NCBI GenBank assembly: GCA_964248365.1
Contig: CAXTYC010000025.1
Coordinates: 1-64,000 of the forward strand
From: an uncultured Chroococcidiopsis sp.
Lineage (GTDB): Bacteria > Cyanobacteriota > Cyanobacteriia > Cyanobacteriales > Chroococcidiopsidaceae
DNA length: 64,000 bases
Reading direction: 5' to 3'
A model generated the notes under the pieces. That model saw nothing but the letters and a program-made list of their open reading frames with translations, was not told the origin of the DNA and made no database searches. Positions 53,924 through 64,000 of the stretch are shown here, piece by piece (positions within the stretch are counted from its first letter, which is position 1; every line of letters begins with the position of its first letter). The position numbers were made by a program, and so were the translations under genes.

Positions 53924-54344
53924 AAAAGGTAGGGTGGGCAATGCCCACCTATCTTATTAATTTCTCGCTTCTATGCGCTGCTAAATAAAAATTTAGCTTG
54001 GGTTGATATATAGTAATCCTATTTGAGTTGTGAAAACAATTATCAATAAACAATTAGCTTTTAGCTTTTAGCGATTAGCTTTGACGAGTGAAAATCAAAA
54101 ACTTTAATACAAATAAACAAACAAAAAAAGCTAGCAGCTAACCGCTATTAGTAGTAAAAATAGAATGAAAGGGGAAAGGAGAAATAAAATGTTTTTACCT
54201 TTTACCTTTGCCTTTTTTGGTAATTGAAGAGAGTAATTTAATACATATAATTCTAATTAAAATTAATAAGAGCAGATACCTGTATGGCAGATGTAGATTT
54301 AAAATAGTCAGAAAACCTTTCTTATCAGGTTCAGTCAAACTGCC

Positions 54345-54911
54345 GTGACTCAAAATTGGGCAATGCCAAACAGCAGCGATCGCCCCGATCTAAACTCTAC
54401 AACTCATTACGCTCTGCTAGGGTTACATCCTTCTGCATCGGCGATAGAAATTCGCCGCGCATATCGGCAACTGAGCAAATGCTATCATCCAGATACAACA
54501 GATTTACCAGCCGCGAGCGCCACTGCCAAGTTCCAGCAATTAAACGAAGCTTACGCCACACTCAGTAATCCAGAGCGGCGAATGCAATACGACATCAAAA
54601 TAGGGTATTCGCGGCTTTACGTGGTACAAGCACCACCGAACTATAACCGTCAGGTTGCCAAAGGGGTACGGCAATCTTCATCCGCCTATCTCGATCCGAC
54701 CGATCGCCCCCTCTCAGGTGGAGAAATATTTGTCCTGTTCATTTTGGGGTTGACGTTTGTAGGCTGTATATTATTAGCGATCGCCATTGGCTTAACCAGG
54801 GGTGACACAGCTTTCTCACCCACAGCACTACAACCACCCACACCTGTACAAGAACAACTCACCTTCATAAATCCAGAATCGAGAATTCAGAATTCAGGAG
54901 AAAGAAGGTAA
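54345..54911 (+). CDS. J-domain membrane protein
   Basis: HYALLG..YHPD J-domain plus a TM helix. Confidence 0.88.
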   Translation: MTQNWAMPNSSDRPDLNSTTHYALLGLHPSASAIEIRRAYRQLSKCYHPDTTDLPAASATAKFQQLNEAYATLSNPERRMQYDIKIGYSRLYVVQAPPNYNRQVAKGVRQSSSAYLDPTDRPLSGGEIFVLFILGLTFVGCILLAIAIGLTRGDTAFSPTALQPPTPVQEQLTFINPESRIQNSGERR

Positions 54912-54961
54912 TATTAGTTATTCTGCCTTCCGACTTGCAACTTGCAACTTCTAACTTAATT

Positions 54962-55234
54962 ATGTCTCTTCCTGCCTCTGATACTCCGCTTTATAACCAT
55001 CCGCTGCCCCAAATTGAGCAGTGGTTGAAAAGTCACGGTTGCCAACAAGATCAAGAGCAGCTTCATTGCTGGCATCTTGATCGACTTGGTTGGGAAGCAG
55101 AATTATGGCTCGATGTCGATCAACTGACAGTGCGATATATCGGGGCTGGAGAAGAAGGACAAGATATTCAACGCTCTTTTAAGTATTCTCTCACTCGCAA
55201 AGATATAGAACAAGCGGTTTTTGCAGGACCCTAA
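54962..55234 (+). CDS. DUF3143 family protein
   Basis: TPLYNHPLPQIEQWL, RSFKYSL.R.DIE.A...GP. Confidence 0.8.
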   Translation: MSLPASDTPLYNHPLPQIEQWLKSHGCQQDQEQLHCWHLDRLGWEAELWLDVDQLTVRYIGAGEEGQDIQRSFKYSLTRKDIEQAVFAGP

Positions 55235-55404
55235 TTAGTGGCTAGTGGAACCAGTGGCTAGTGACTAGAGAAAACCAAGCTTTATACTAAGAGTGAGAAT
55301 TCTAGAATCGCGTCGCCACTAACCACTTTTCTGGTTCCACTAGCCACGAGTTCCACTAGCCACTTTTCTAGTCACTAGTCACCAGTTTTCTGGTTCCACT
55401 AGCT

Positions 55405-56157
55405 TTACACTTTACCAAAACGGCGATCGCGCTGTTGGTAGGCAACTAAAGCTCGATGAAACTCGGTGCGGTCAAAATCAGGCCAAAGAGATTGGGTAAT
55501 ATAAATTTCTGCATAAGCCATTTGCCACAAGAGGAAATTACTAATTCGCATTTCCCCACTGGTACGTATTAATAAATCGGGATCGCTAATGCCTGCGGTA
55601 TAAAGGTGAGTTTCAAATAACTTTTCATCAATTTGCTCTGGTTGGATCAGACCTTGCTGTACCTTATTTGCGATCGCCTGTGTAGCGTGTAAAATCTCCT
55701 GCCGTCCCCCATAATTAGTCGCTACAGTAAACTGAATGCCTCGATTGTGCTGAGTATCTACCATTGAGCGCGAAATCTCAGCTTGGAGACTTCGGGGCAA
55801 AGCCTGTAAATTTCCCACAAACCGAATTTGCACATTTTCCTGCATCATCTCTCGCAGTTCTTTACGCAAAACCCGCTCAAACAAAGTCATTAAAAATTCC
55901 ACTTCTTCTAGTGGTCTACCCCAGTTTTCCGTTGAAAAAGCATATGCAGTTAGGGCTTGAATACCCCAATCCCTACAACAGCGCAGTAAATCTTTGAGTG
56001 TATCAACACCAACTTTATGACCCATGATTCGCGGTAGTCCTTGCCTTTTTGCCCACCTACCATTGCCATCCATAATTACTGCTACGTGTTTTGGCAGTTT
56101 TTCTCGTTCTAAATCAGCAGGTAAATCTTGTGACACAATAATTGGCTTTGCAGTCAT
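55405..56157 (-). CDS. uppS: Undecaprenyl diphosphate synthase
   Basis: [23 protein letters not shown]. Confidence 0.96.
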   Translation of the reverse strand: MTAKPIIVSQDLPADLEREKLPKHVAVIMDGNGRWAKRQGLPRIMGHKVGVDTLKDLLRCCRDWGIQALTAYAFSTENWGRPLEEVEFLMTLFERVLRKELREMMQENVQIRFVGNLQALPRSLQAEISRSMVDTQHNRGIQFTVATNYGGRQEILHATQAIANKVQQGLIQPEQIDEKLFETHLYTAGISDPDLLIRTSGEMRISNFLLWQMAYAEIYITQSLWPDFDRTEFHRALVAYQQRDRRFGKV

Positions 56158-57086
56158 TTTTTATTTCGGGGAGACGCTGGTAAATGTAGACCAATTAAAT
56201 CAAATAACCGAGAAATCAGCACCCAACCCCTAGTAGTAATTTGGCGAATCAAACCTCTTAGACTGGGAGCGACAGCTTCGCGCTCCACAGATGGGGAGAA
56301 TCGAGCCTCCAACAATTCTTTAAGTTTACTGCTGGTCAGTGGTCTATTTAATATTCCTCTTTCTGCTAAGGAAATAGATCCAGTTTCTTCTGACACAATC
56401 ACACAAATACAATTGTCAGGGATGCGCTCGGTAATTCCCATTGCTGCCCGATGGCGTGTACCTAGTTGACGGGATGCTGTACGTTCAGCCAGGGGCAAAA
56501 TTATTCCAGATGCTATAATCCGAGAACCCCGAATTAAGGTTGCCCCATCGTGTAAAAGCGTTTTCGGCTGAAATATAGTCTGCAACAGTTCCTTAGAAAT
56601 CTCAGCATTTAGCTTGACTCCTGGCACTAAAAAATCGCGCTCATCTATCGGACTATCTATTTCTAAAATTAACAAAGCTCCGATCCGGTTTTGCGAGAGT
56701 TCTTTTACCGCATCGACTATTTCATCAATCACACTATCAGACTGAGGTATGGTACGACGGGACGGTTGCAGAAGCTGCTTAATTTCACCCCGCCCCAATT
56801 GTTCCAAAAAGCGGCGAAACTCTGAATGGTAGACAACTGCCATTGCTACGGCAGAACCCACTACCAACTTGTCAAGTACAAAACTCAACAGGGGCAAACC
56901 TAATCTGGCACTCACCGCTGATGCCAGCAACAAGACAATAAACCCCCTGACTACCCAAAGGGTACGACGCTCGCCAACGACAACAAGCATCATATACGTG
57001 AGCGCCAGAACCAAGCCCAAATCGATGTAAAACAACAAAGACTGGGTCCAGCCAAGGTTTGTCAGCCATTGCTTCCACCAATCCAT
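56154..57086 (-). CDS. cdaA: Diadenylate cyclase
   Basis: Three TM segments, HDGA and GTRHRAA motifs; lysA-cdaA-uppS context. Confidence 0.93.
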   Translation of the reverse strand: MDWWKQWLTNLGWTQSLLFYIDLGLVLALTYMMLVVVGERRTLWVVRGFIVLLLASAVSARLGLPLLSFVLDKLVVGSAVAMAVVYHSEFRRFLEQLGRGEIKQLLQPSRRTIPQSDSVIDEIVDAVKELSQNRIGALLILEIDSPIDERDFLVPGVKLNAEISKELLQTIFQPKTLLHDGATLIRGSRIIASGIILPLAERTASRQLGTRHRAAMGITERIPDNCICVIVSEETGSISLAERGILNRPLTSSKLKELLEARFSPSVEREAVAPSLRGLIRQITTRGWVLISRLFDLIGLHLPASPRNKK

Positions 57087-57119
57087 GAGCGAACTATGAA
57101 GTGTGAATGATAAAGTGTG

Positions 57120-57380
57120 TAGGATGAAGGGTAGGGGTAGGGGGTAAGGGTAGGGGGTAAGGGTAGGGGGAACAAGGGGACAAGGGGACAAGGGGACAAG
57201 GGGACAAGGGGACAAGGGGGAAAAGAAAAATTACGCAGCGCGGAATTACGAATTATCCTTTACCGCAATACCTCTTTACCGCAATACCTCTTTACCGCAA
57301 TACCTCTTTATCCTTCATCCTTTACCCTTTAACCTTCATCCGCGATCGCCTTTACCCTTCAACCTTTGAACTTTAGCCTT
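57120..57380. repeat. STRR tract including a 16-bp tandem (CTTTACCGCAATACCT)x3
   Basis: GGGGTA and AAGGGGAC units, then the 16-mer at about 57258-57310. Confidence 0.8.
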
Positions 57381-58855
57381 TACTTTTTTTTGCTAGTTAA
57401 TCTTTCTGGTAGGCAATCTTGATGAATCAAGTCTTGATAGGTTTCGCGCCGCAAGATCAAATTAGCTTCACAGTTTCCTACTACTACTGCTGCCGGACGG
57501 GGCAAGCGGTTGTAGTTGGAAGCCATACTGTAATTGTAAGCACCAGTTCCCATTACTACTAGGATATCCCCTGGTCCCGTTTGAGGCAAAGTTGCCTGTT
57601 TAATTAAAATATCTCCAGATTCACAGTGTTTTCCTGCAATTGTGACCGTTTCGGTCAGTGGTGCTGACATTCGGTTAGCTACCACTGCTCGATAAACTGA
57701 CTGATAAGTGATCGGGCGGGGATTATCAGACATACCTCCATCGATCGCTACATAAGTGCGAACTTCTGGCACAACTTTAGATGAGCCAATGGTGTAAGCA
57801 GTAACACAAGCAGATCCAATTAGCGATCGCCCAGGTTCACACAATAACTTAGGCAAAGGTATTTGTTGTGAAGCGCAAGCATTCTTAACCGCTTCACAAA
57901 TCGCCTTAACCCACTCTTCAATACTAGGGGGATCGTCGGATTGGGTATACCGAATTCCTAAACCACCACCCACATTTAATTCTTTTACTGGTAAACCATA
58001 GCTAGACGCTTTATCCAACCACTGCACCATCACTGCGGCTAGATCTTGATGCGGTTGGCGTTCAAAAATTTGTGAGCCAATATGAGCGTGCAAACCTACA
58101 CAATTCAAATTTGATTGCTGGCTAATAAACTTAAAAACCTCTTCTATTTGATTTGGGTCAAAGCCAAATTTGCTATCGAGATGTCCTGTGCGTATGTATT
58201 CATGGGTATGACACTCAATCCCAGGAGTCAGCCGCAACATGATTTTAATCGGCGAGAGGTGAGATTCTTCGTTGGCTTTCAAATCTGGACGAAGAGCAGA
58301 CAAGTCTTCCTCTTGCCTCGTACCTTGGGCAACTTGCCTTGCTTGCGCCAGCATATGCAATTCATGCCAGTTGTCTACCACAATTGTGCAACCATACTCA
58401 ATAGCTAGAGTTAGTTCTTCCAAGGATTTATTATTACCGTGCAGGTAAATTAATTCTGGACTTAAACCACCTTGGAGGGCAGTGTAAAGTTCTCCTCCAG
58501 ACATTACATCAATTCCCAAACCTTCGGAATTGACAATCGCACAAACAGCTAGACAATTCCAAGCTTTTGAGGCGTAAAGTACCTGAGATTCACCTGGGTA
58601 GTAACGCTTAAACCCATCTCGATACTGTCGGCAAGCTGTACGCAAAGTTTCTTCATCTAAAATATATAGAGGTGAGCCAAACTGCTGCACTAGTGTTGTA
58701 ACATCACAACCACCGATTTCTAAGCAGTCTTGCTCATTGATCCGCGCTCCACCTGGTAAAAGCTGCTGGTTGGGTGAATTCGCGGCGGCAAGATTTGAAT
58801 TGGATATATACTGACGACCAGAATTTTGAACTCCAGTGGGAGGGATCGATAACAT
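57380..58855 (-). CDS. lysA: Diaminopimelate decarboxylase
   Basis: YASKA, SKFG, HIGSQ, EPGRS, CESGD, GAY..SMASNYN. Confidence 0.96.
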   Translation of the reverse strand: MLSIPPTGVQNSGRQYISNSNLAAANSPNQQLLPGGARINEQDCLEIGGCDVTTLVQQFGSPLYILDEETLRTACRQYRDGFKRYYPGESQVLYASKAWNCLAVCAIVNSEGLGIDVMSGGELYTALQGGLSPELIYLHGNNKSLEELTLAIEYGCTIVVDNWHELHMLAQARQVAQGTRQEEDLSALRPDLKANEESHLSPIKIMLRLTPGIECHTHEYIRTGHLDSKFGFDPNQIEEVFKFISQQSNLNCVGLHAHIGSQIFERQPHQDLAAVMVQWLDKASSYGLPVKELNVGGGLGIRYTQSDDPPSIEEWVKAICEAVKNACASQQIPLPKLLCEPGRSLIGSACVTAYTIGSSKVVPEVRTYVAIDGGMSDNPRPITYQSVYRAVVANRMSAPLTETVTIAGKHCESGDILIKQATLPQTGPGDILVVMGTGAYNYSMASNYNRLPRPAAVVVGNCEANLILRRETYQDLIHQDCLPERLTSKKK

Positions 58856-58926
58856 AATTGTGGAAATTGGCTTTTGCCAAGTGAGTAAGTCTCGTTACTA
58901 AGTTTACAAGTTTACAATTATCAACT

Positions 58927-59565
58927 GTGAGTTTGTTAGAACTAAAACCAATTGCAGCAGAAATGCTCAGTGCAGTACTGGAACTCGATGATTTGTGTTT
59001 TGGTGGTCTGTGGACACTAGAAGGGTATCAGCGAGAATTAGACAGCCCTAATGGTGTGTTGCTCGGTTTGTTTTTAGGGGACACTAGAGGAGCAGAGGGG
59101 CAGAGGGGCAGGGGGGCACAGGAGAATGTAAATTTAAATTCCCCCCTGCGCCCCTGCACCCCTGCACCCCTGCTCAGTATGGGTTGTTTTTGGGTAATTT
59201 TGGACGAGGCACACATTACTCTGTTAGCAGTTCATCCCCATTATCAGCATCAAGGTTTAGGACAGGCGATGCTATTAGCTTTAATGGCAGAAGCTTGCGA
59301 TCGCGGTTTAGAACGAGCCACACTCGAAGTTCGAGCCTCTAATGTACCAGCTCTGTCCCTATACAAAAAATTTGGCTTCAAAATTGCTGGGCGGCGGCGG
59401 GACTACTACAAAGATACCGATGAAGATGCCTTGATTCTTTGGTGCGGCGATCTCCAGCATCCTGAATTTCAAACAACTTTAGCCTCTTGGTATCAGAGGG
59501 TAAGCGATCGCCTACAACTATCTGGATGGAACTTCCATCTACCCCAAATAATTTGTAATTGGTAA
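58927..59565 (+). CDS. rimI: Ribosomal-protein alanine N-acetyltransferase with an in-frame repeat insertion
   Basis: EAHITLLAVHP..QGLG, LEVRASN, GRRRDYY...EDA. Confidence 0.88.
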   Translation: MSLLELKPIAAEMLSAVLELDDLCFGGLWTLEGYQRELDSPNGVLLGLFLGDTRGAEGQRGRGAQENVNLNSPLRPCTPAPLLSMGCFWVILDEAHITLLAVHPHYQHQGLGQAMLLALMAEACDRGLERATLEVRASNVPALSLYKKFGFKIAGRRRDYYKDTDEDALILWCGDLQHPEFQTTLASWYQRVSDRLQLSGWNFHLPQIICNW

Positions 59566-60061
59566 AAGGGAAAAGGGGCAAGGGGCTAGAGGGTCTCTAG
59601 CCTCTAGCCTCGTGCCTCTAGCCCCTTGCCTCTCCCCTTTTCCCTGTCATATTCGTCCCCTCTATACTTGACAATTCATGTGATTTTTGATATTAATTCT
59701 TATTTGGTGAAGAATCAGTCGAAAAACCGATGAATAAGATAAAACAACAAAGGAGCAGCAATAGTTTGCTCTTGAATGTTGCCAAGGAATCAGAACGCTC
59801 GATTAGATAATAATTCGGCGATCGCAACAGCGCAATCATTGTGGAATCAACTTGAAATAACAATCAAGTTACACTCGCCTACTGACAAATGAAAATAAAC
59901 TGCTTGAGGAGCAAAAAATAAAAACTTCTTAATTTTCGACAACAAATACACCCGTGATAGGGGAAAATCTGACTGGTTGTTTGTATCATCAAGAAACAGC
60001 CAGTTAGTTGGCTTATGCTAAAATCAGCGTACCGACACGACTCAGGTGATGGAAAACAGCC

Positions 60062-62536
60062 ATGTTTGAACGCTTCACAGAAAAAGCAATTAAGGTGATC
60101 ATGCTGGCCCAGGAAGAAGCTCGCCGCCTGGGTCACAATTTCGTAGGCACAGAGCAGATCCTCCTGGGTCTGATCGGAGAAGGAACAGGCGTAGCAGCCA
60201 AAGTACTAAAAACAATGGGTGTCAACCTTAAAGATGCCCGTATAGAAGTAGAAAAAATTATCGGTCGGGGTTCAGGCTTTGTAGCGGTAGAAATTCCTTT
60301 TACACCCCGCGCAAAGCGAGTTCTGGAGCTATCCCTAGAAGAAGCTCGTCAACTAGGGCATAACTACATCGGCACTGAACATCTGCTGTTGGGTCTGATC
60401 CGAGAAGGAGAAGGTGTTGCGGCAAGGGTGCTGGAGAACTTGGGCGTTGACTTAACGAAGGTACGCACCCAAGTAATCCGAATGTTGGGAGAAACGGCTG
60501 AGGTTTCAGCAGGTTCTCAGTCAGGGCGCACCAAAACGCCAACCCTGGATGAGTTTGGTTCTAATCTGACTCAAATGGCAGCAGAAGGCAAACTCGATCC
60601 TGTAGTCGGTCGCGCAAAGGAAATTGAACGAGTAATTCAAATTCTAGGTCGCCGTACGAAGAATAACCCAGTCTTGATCGGGGAACCAGGGGTAGGTAAA
60701 ACAGCGATCGCAGAAGGTTTAGCTTCTCGGATTGCTAACAAAGATATCCCAGACATTCTGGAAGACAAGCGCGTAGTCACTCTCGACATTGGTTTATTAG
60801 TGGCGGGCACTAAATACCGAGGTGAGTTTGAAGAGCGCCTGAAGAAAATCATGGATGAAATTCGTTCCGCAGGGAACGTAATTTTAGTGATTGACGAGGT
60901 GCATACCCTGATTGGTGCAGGTGCAGCAGAAGGGGCAATTGATGCCGCAAATATCCTCAAACCAGCCTTGGCGCGGGGTGAATTGCAGTGTATTGGTGCT
61001 ACTACCCTGGATGAATACCGCAAGCATATCGAGCGGGATGCAGCTTTAGAGCGACGCTTCCAACCAGTAATGGTGGGTGAACCAAGTGTAGATGAAACAA
61101 TCGAGATTTTATATGGTCTGCGCGATCGCTATGAGCAGCACCACAAACTGAAAATCTCCGATGCGGCTTTAGAAGCAGCGGCTAAACTATCTGACCGTTA
61201 CATTTCAGACCGCTACTTACCAGACAAGGCAATCGACTTGATTGATGAAGCTGGTTCGCGGGTAAGATTGCTTAATTCAGCATTGCCGCCAGCAGCCAAA
61301 GAACTGGATAAGGAACTGCGTCAAGTATTGAAAGAAAAAGACGACGCAGTACGTACCCAAGACTTTGACCGTGCTGGAGAATTACGGGATCGCGAAATGG
61401 AACTGCGTGCAGAAATCAGGGCGATCGCACAAAACAAAGCCACTGGTTCCCGCAGTGAAAATGAAGATTCCCCAGTCGTCACCGAAGAAGACATTGCTCA
61501 CATTGTCGCTTCTTGGACTGGAGTGCCAGTAAACAAGCTGACCGAATCCGAATCCGAAAAGCTGTTGCACATGGAAGATACCCTGCACCAGCGGCTAATT
61601 GGTCAAGAAGAAGCAGTTAAAGCGGTTTCCAAAGCAATTCGTCGCGCCAGGGTTGGCTTGAAGAATCCCAATCGTCCCATCGCTAGCTTTATCTTCTCAG
61701 GTCCTACTGGTGTAGGTAAAACCGAGTTGACCAAAGCCTTGGCAGCCTATTTCTTTGGCTCCGAAGATGCGATGATCCGTCTGGATATGTCGGAATACAT
61801 GGAACGCCACACCGTCAGCAAACTGATTGGTTCGCCTCCTGGTTACGTGGGTTACAACGAAGGCGGTCAGCTGACAGAAGCAGTACGTCGTCGTCCTTAC
61901 ACCGTAGTGCTGTTTGACGAAATTGAAAAGGCACACCCCGATGTCTTTAATATGCTGCTGCAAATTTTAGAAGATGGTCGGCTGACGGATGCTAAGGGAC
62001 GCACTGTAGACTTCAAGAACACACTGATCATCCTCACCTCTAACATTGGTTCCAAGGTGATTGAAAAAGGCGGCGGCGGTATCGGATTTGAATTTTCTGA
62101 CGAAAATGCAGCCGAAAACCAATACAACCGTATTCGCTCCTTAGTCAACGAAGAACTGAAGTCAGTCTTCCGTCCAGAGTTCCTCAACCGCTTGGATGAA
62201 ATTATCGTCTTCCGTCAATTGAGCAAGGACGAGGTAAAAGAAATTGCCGACATCATGCTCAAAGAAGTGTTTGGTCGCTTGACAGAAAAGGGAATCACCC
62301 TAGAAGTAACCGAACGGTTCAAAGATCGCTTGGTAGACGAGGGTTACAACCCCAGTTACGGTGCAAGACCCTTGCGTCGAGCAATCATGCGCTTACTGGA
62401 AGATAGCTTGGCAGAAGAGATTCTGTCCGGTCGCATCAAAGATGGTGACACAGCCGTCGTAGATGTGGATGATACTGGCAATGTCAAAGTGCTGGCGGAA
62501 CAGCGCAAAGAATTGCTACCCCAAGTAGCTGAGTAA
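60062..62536 (+). CDS. clpC: Clp protease ATP-binding subunit
   Basis: MFERFTEKA, two Walker A motifs ([16 protein letters not shown]), UVR region, IGF loop. Confidence 0.98.
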   Translation: MFERFTEKAIKVIMLAQEEARRLGHNFVGTEQILLGLIGEGTGVAAKVLKTMGVNLKDARIEVEKIIGRGSGFVAVEIPFTPRAKRVLELSLEEARQLGHNYIGTEHLLLGLIREGEGVAARVLENLGVDLTKVRTQVIRMLGETAEVSAGSQSGRTKTPTLDEFGSNLTQMAAEGKLDPVVGRAKEIERVIQILGRRTKNNPVLIGEPGVGKTAIAEGLASRIANKDIPDILEDKRVVTLDIGLLVAGTKYRGEFEERLKKIMDEIRSAGNVILVIDEVHTLIGAGAAEGAIDAANILKPALARGELQCIGATTLDEYRKHIERDAALERRFQPVMVGEPSVDETIEILYGLRDRYEQHHKLKISDAALEAAAKLSDRYISDRYLPDKAIDLIDEAGSRVRLLNSALPPAAKELDKELRQVLKEKDDAVRTQDFDRAGELRDREMELRAEIRAIAQNKATGSRSENEDSPVVTEEDIAHIVASWTGVPVNKLTESESEKLLHMEDTLHQRLIGQEEAVKAVSKAIRRARVGLKNPNRPIASFIFSGPTGVGKTELTKALAAYFFGSEDAMIRLDMSEYMERHTVSKLIGSPPGYVGYNEGGQLTEAVRRRPYTVVLFDEIEKAHPDVFNMLLQILEDGRLTDAKGRTVDFKNTLIILTSNIGSKVIEKGGGGIGFEFSDENAAENQYNRIRSLVNEELKSVFRPEFLNRLDEIIVFRQLSKDEVKEIADIMLKEVFGRLTEKGITLEVTERFKDRLVDEGYNPSYGARPLRRAIMRLLEDSLAEEILSGRIKDGDTAVVDVDDTGNVKVLAEQRKELLPQVAE

Positions 62537-62557
62537 TTAGTATTTTATAAATTAATC

Positions 62558-62592
62558 AGCGGTAGAGAGGGTTAATTCTCTACCGTTTTTTT
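62558..62592 (+). terminator. Intrinsic terminator after clpC
   Basis: CGGTAGAG ... CTCTACCG followed by a T-tract. Confidence 0.8.
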
Positions 62593-62690
62593 GTTGGAAA
62601 AAATATCTGCTCTATAAAGGTAGCTCAAAATGGAGTGCGATCGCTTATGAACTTATATCTCCCTAATGACGGGAGGACAAAAGTGCAACC

Positions 62691-64000
62691 TCAAATAGGA
62701 TGCAACAGGGAAATTTGACCCGCAGCGCCACCGTCAATCAGTTCAGCTACGTAGAGGTTGCCCAGGTTCTTTTGGGTGTCCTCTATCAGATCCACGGGAT
62801 CTGTCAAGCCGAAAGCAACTTGGATAACATTGTCATGAGCAATGTTGCCCTTAGAATCGGGTGTAAGGGCTAGTATATCATCCCCGCCACTGTATTCGAC
62901 TACCAGTAACTTGTTCTTGAGAGCGCCATCGAAGGTATCACTCTTGTATTCGATGATGCCATTGGGTGAGCGATTCCGACCAAAATCAAAAGCCGCACCT
63001 TGATAATTGCAGTCAGGCATAGTACCTATAGAATACCCTGAATACCCATCTTTTGTTACCACTTCAGTCATGTCCACTTCACTAGTAGGATTACCACCGT
63101 TGAGTATATATTCGTGACGTGTCGGGTTCGGGTGTCCATAGTAGCCGCCCCCAACTGGTTCAATTTTGAACAGATAATCGTCCTGAGTCCCTACATTAGT
63201 CAGCGCCTCGTTTGTTGTGGTTGTAGGATCGTCTGGGGTATTACCGCCAGCAGCAGTACCGTTCGTGGGAACATAAAGGTTGCCGTTACTATGCCAGACT
63301 AGATCGTAGGCATTGCGTACACCAGTTGCAAACAGCTTGACAGGAGCATCGGCAGCGTCGGGATTGTAGTTACCAATCGTTGTTATACCTTTGCTGTTTG
63401 TGTAATTCTCCGTTTGGACATTGAAGCCTTCAGGCGGCGGTGTCTGCGTTGGATCAATTTGGAGTACAGCCGCACTTAGTAATCGCTCAGGACGATTGTA
63501 CCAGGTAGAATCGGGAGCGCCTGAAGCAGTATTAGAACCTTGGGTTAGATAAAGCTTGTCATCAGAACCAAAAGCCAGACTGTTGCTCAGATGATCTTTG
63601 GCGGAACGGGGCAAGCCAGTGATATAATCCTGAACGCTGGCGTTAAAATCTGAACCACTTTCGATAGTTATCTTTGAGATTTTGCCAGTAAAATCGTTTG
63701 CAGGTTGGGAATAAAGTGGATCGTTGTTTGAAATCCACAAATTCAACTGATCGGAAGTATTAGGTTCAAACGTAGCACCAATGATAGCCCGATTTTTAAG
63801 TTCTGCGGGCGCATAGGTTTGTAGATTTTCTAAATCGCCTGAGCTATCTATATCCCAGCGAAGGATCTTGCCATCTAAAGTAGTGGCGTAAAGCCTGCTA
63901 TCAGGAGCGATCGCCAGACTAGAAATAGGAGAACCCTGGTAAACTGTGCTTTTAGTAAATTCTACACTCGAATCACTACTACCTATTGTATTAGTTCCAG
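62691..64000 (-). CDS. Partial beta-propeller protein (glucose/sorbosone dehydrogenase-like); starts beyond the window
   Basis: DH..N.LAFG.D.KLY, ATGVRNAYD, YYGHPNP. The frame is open to the window end. Confidence 0.75.
   Translation of the reverse strand, partial: GTNTIGSSDSSVEFTKSTVYQGSPISSLAIAPDSRLYATTLDGKILRWDIDSSGDLENLQTYAPAELKNRAIIGATFEPNTSDQLNLWISNNDPLYSQPANDFTGKISKITIESGSDFNASVQDYITGLPRSAKDHLSNSLAFGSDDKLYLTQGSNTASGAPDSTWYNRPERLLSAAVLQIDPTQTPPPEGFNVQTENYTNSKGITTIGNYNPDAADAPVKLFATGVRNAYDLVWHSNGNLYVPTNGTAAGGNTPDDPTTTTNEALTNVGTQDDYLFKIEPVGGGYYGHPNPTRHEYILNGGNPTSEVDMTEVVTKDGYSGYSIGTMPDCNYQGAAFDFGRNRSPNGIIEYKSDTFDGALKNKLLVVEYSGGDDILALTPDSKGNIAHDNVIQVAFGLTDPVDLIEDTQKNLGNLYVAELIDGGAAGQISLLHPI

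Noticed and set aside
55405..62536. cdaA as a cyclic-nucleotide defence system
   Set aside because: It is the housekeeping lysA-cdaA-uppS operon beside rimI-clpC, with no effector genes.

Overview
Cyanobacterial chromosome window. Evidence: dense HIP1 octamers (GCGATCGC, roughly one per kb by eye), heptamer STRR tracts, three Uma2/DUF820 genes and the lysA-cdaA-uppS operon. The core backbone carries atpD-atpC, minCDE, hisG, ftsH, ilvB, lysA-cdaA-uppS, rimI and clpC. Accessory content, left to right: a truncated EH-signature (ZorC-like) gene; an NAD(P)H-type nitrite reductase nirBD operon behind an NtcA-consensus box; a PEP-CTERM (possibly scyF-like) remnant; a complete nurA-herA-sbcD-sbcC operon; a DUF11 surface protein; and two nonsense-disrupted pseudogenes. 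The most striking hidden structure is at 31.0-33.8 kb. There a C5-methylase / XRE controller / SacI-family endonuclease module sits between an attI-like site (GTTAGATG, 31106) and an attC-like site with canonical box spacing (33649-33735). This reads as an integron gene cassette with no integrase gene in the window. No rRNA, tRNA or CRISPR array was seen. All product calls come from recognising motifs by eye, not from database searches.
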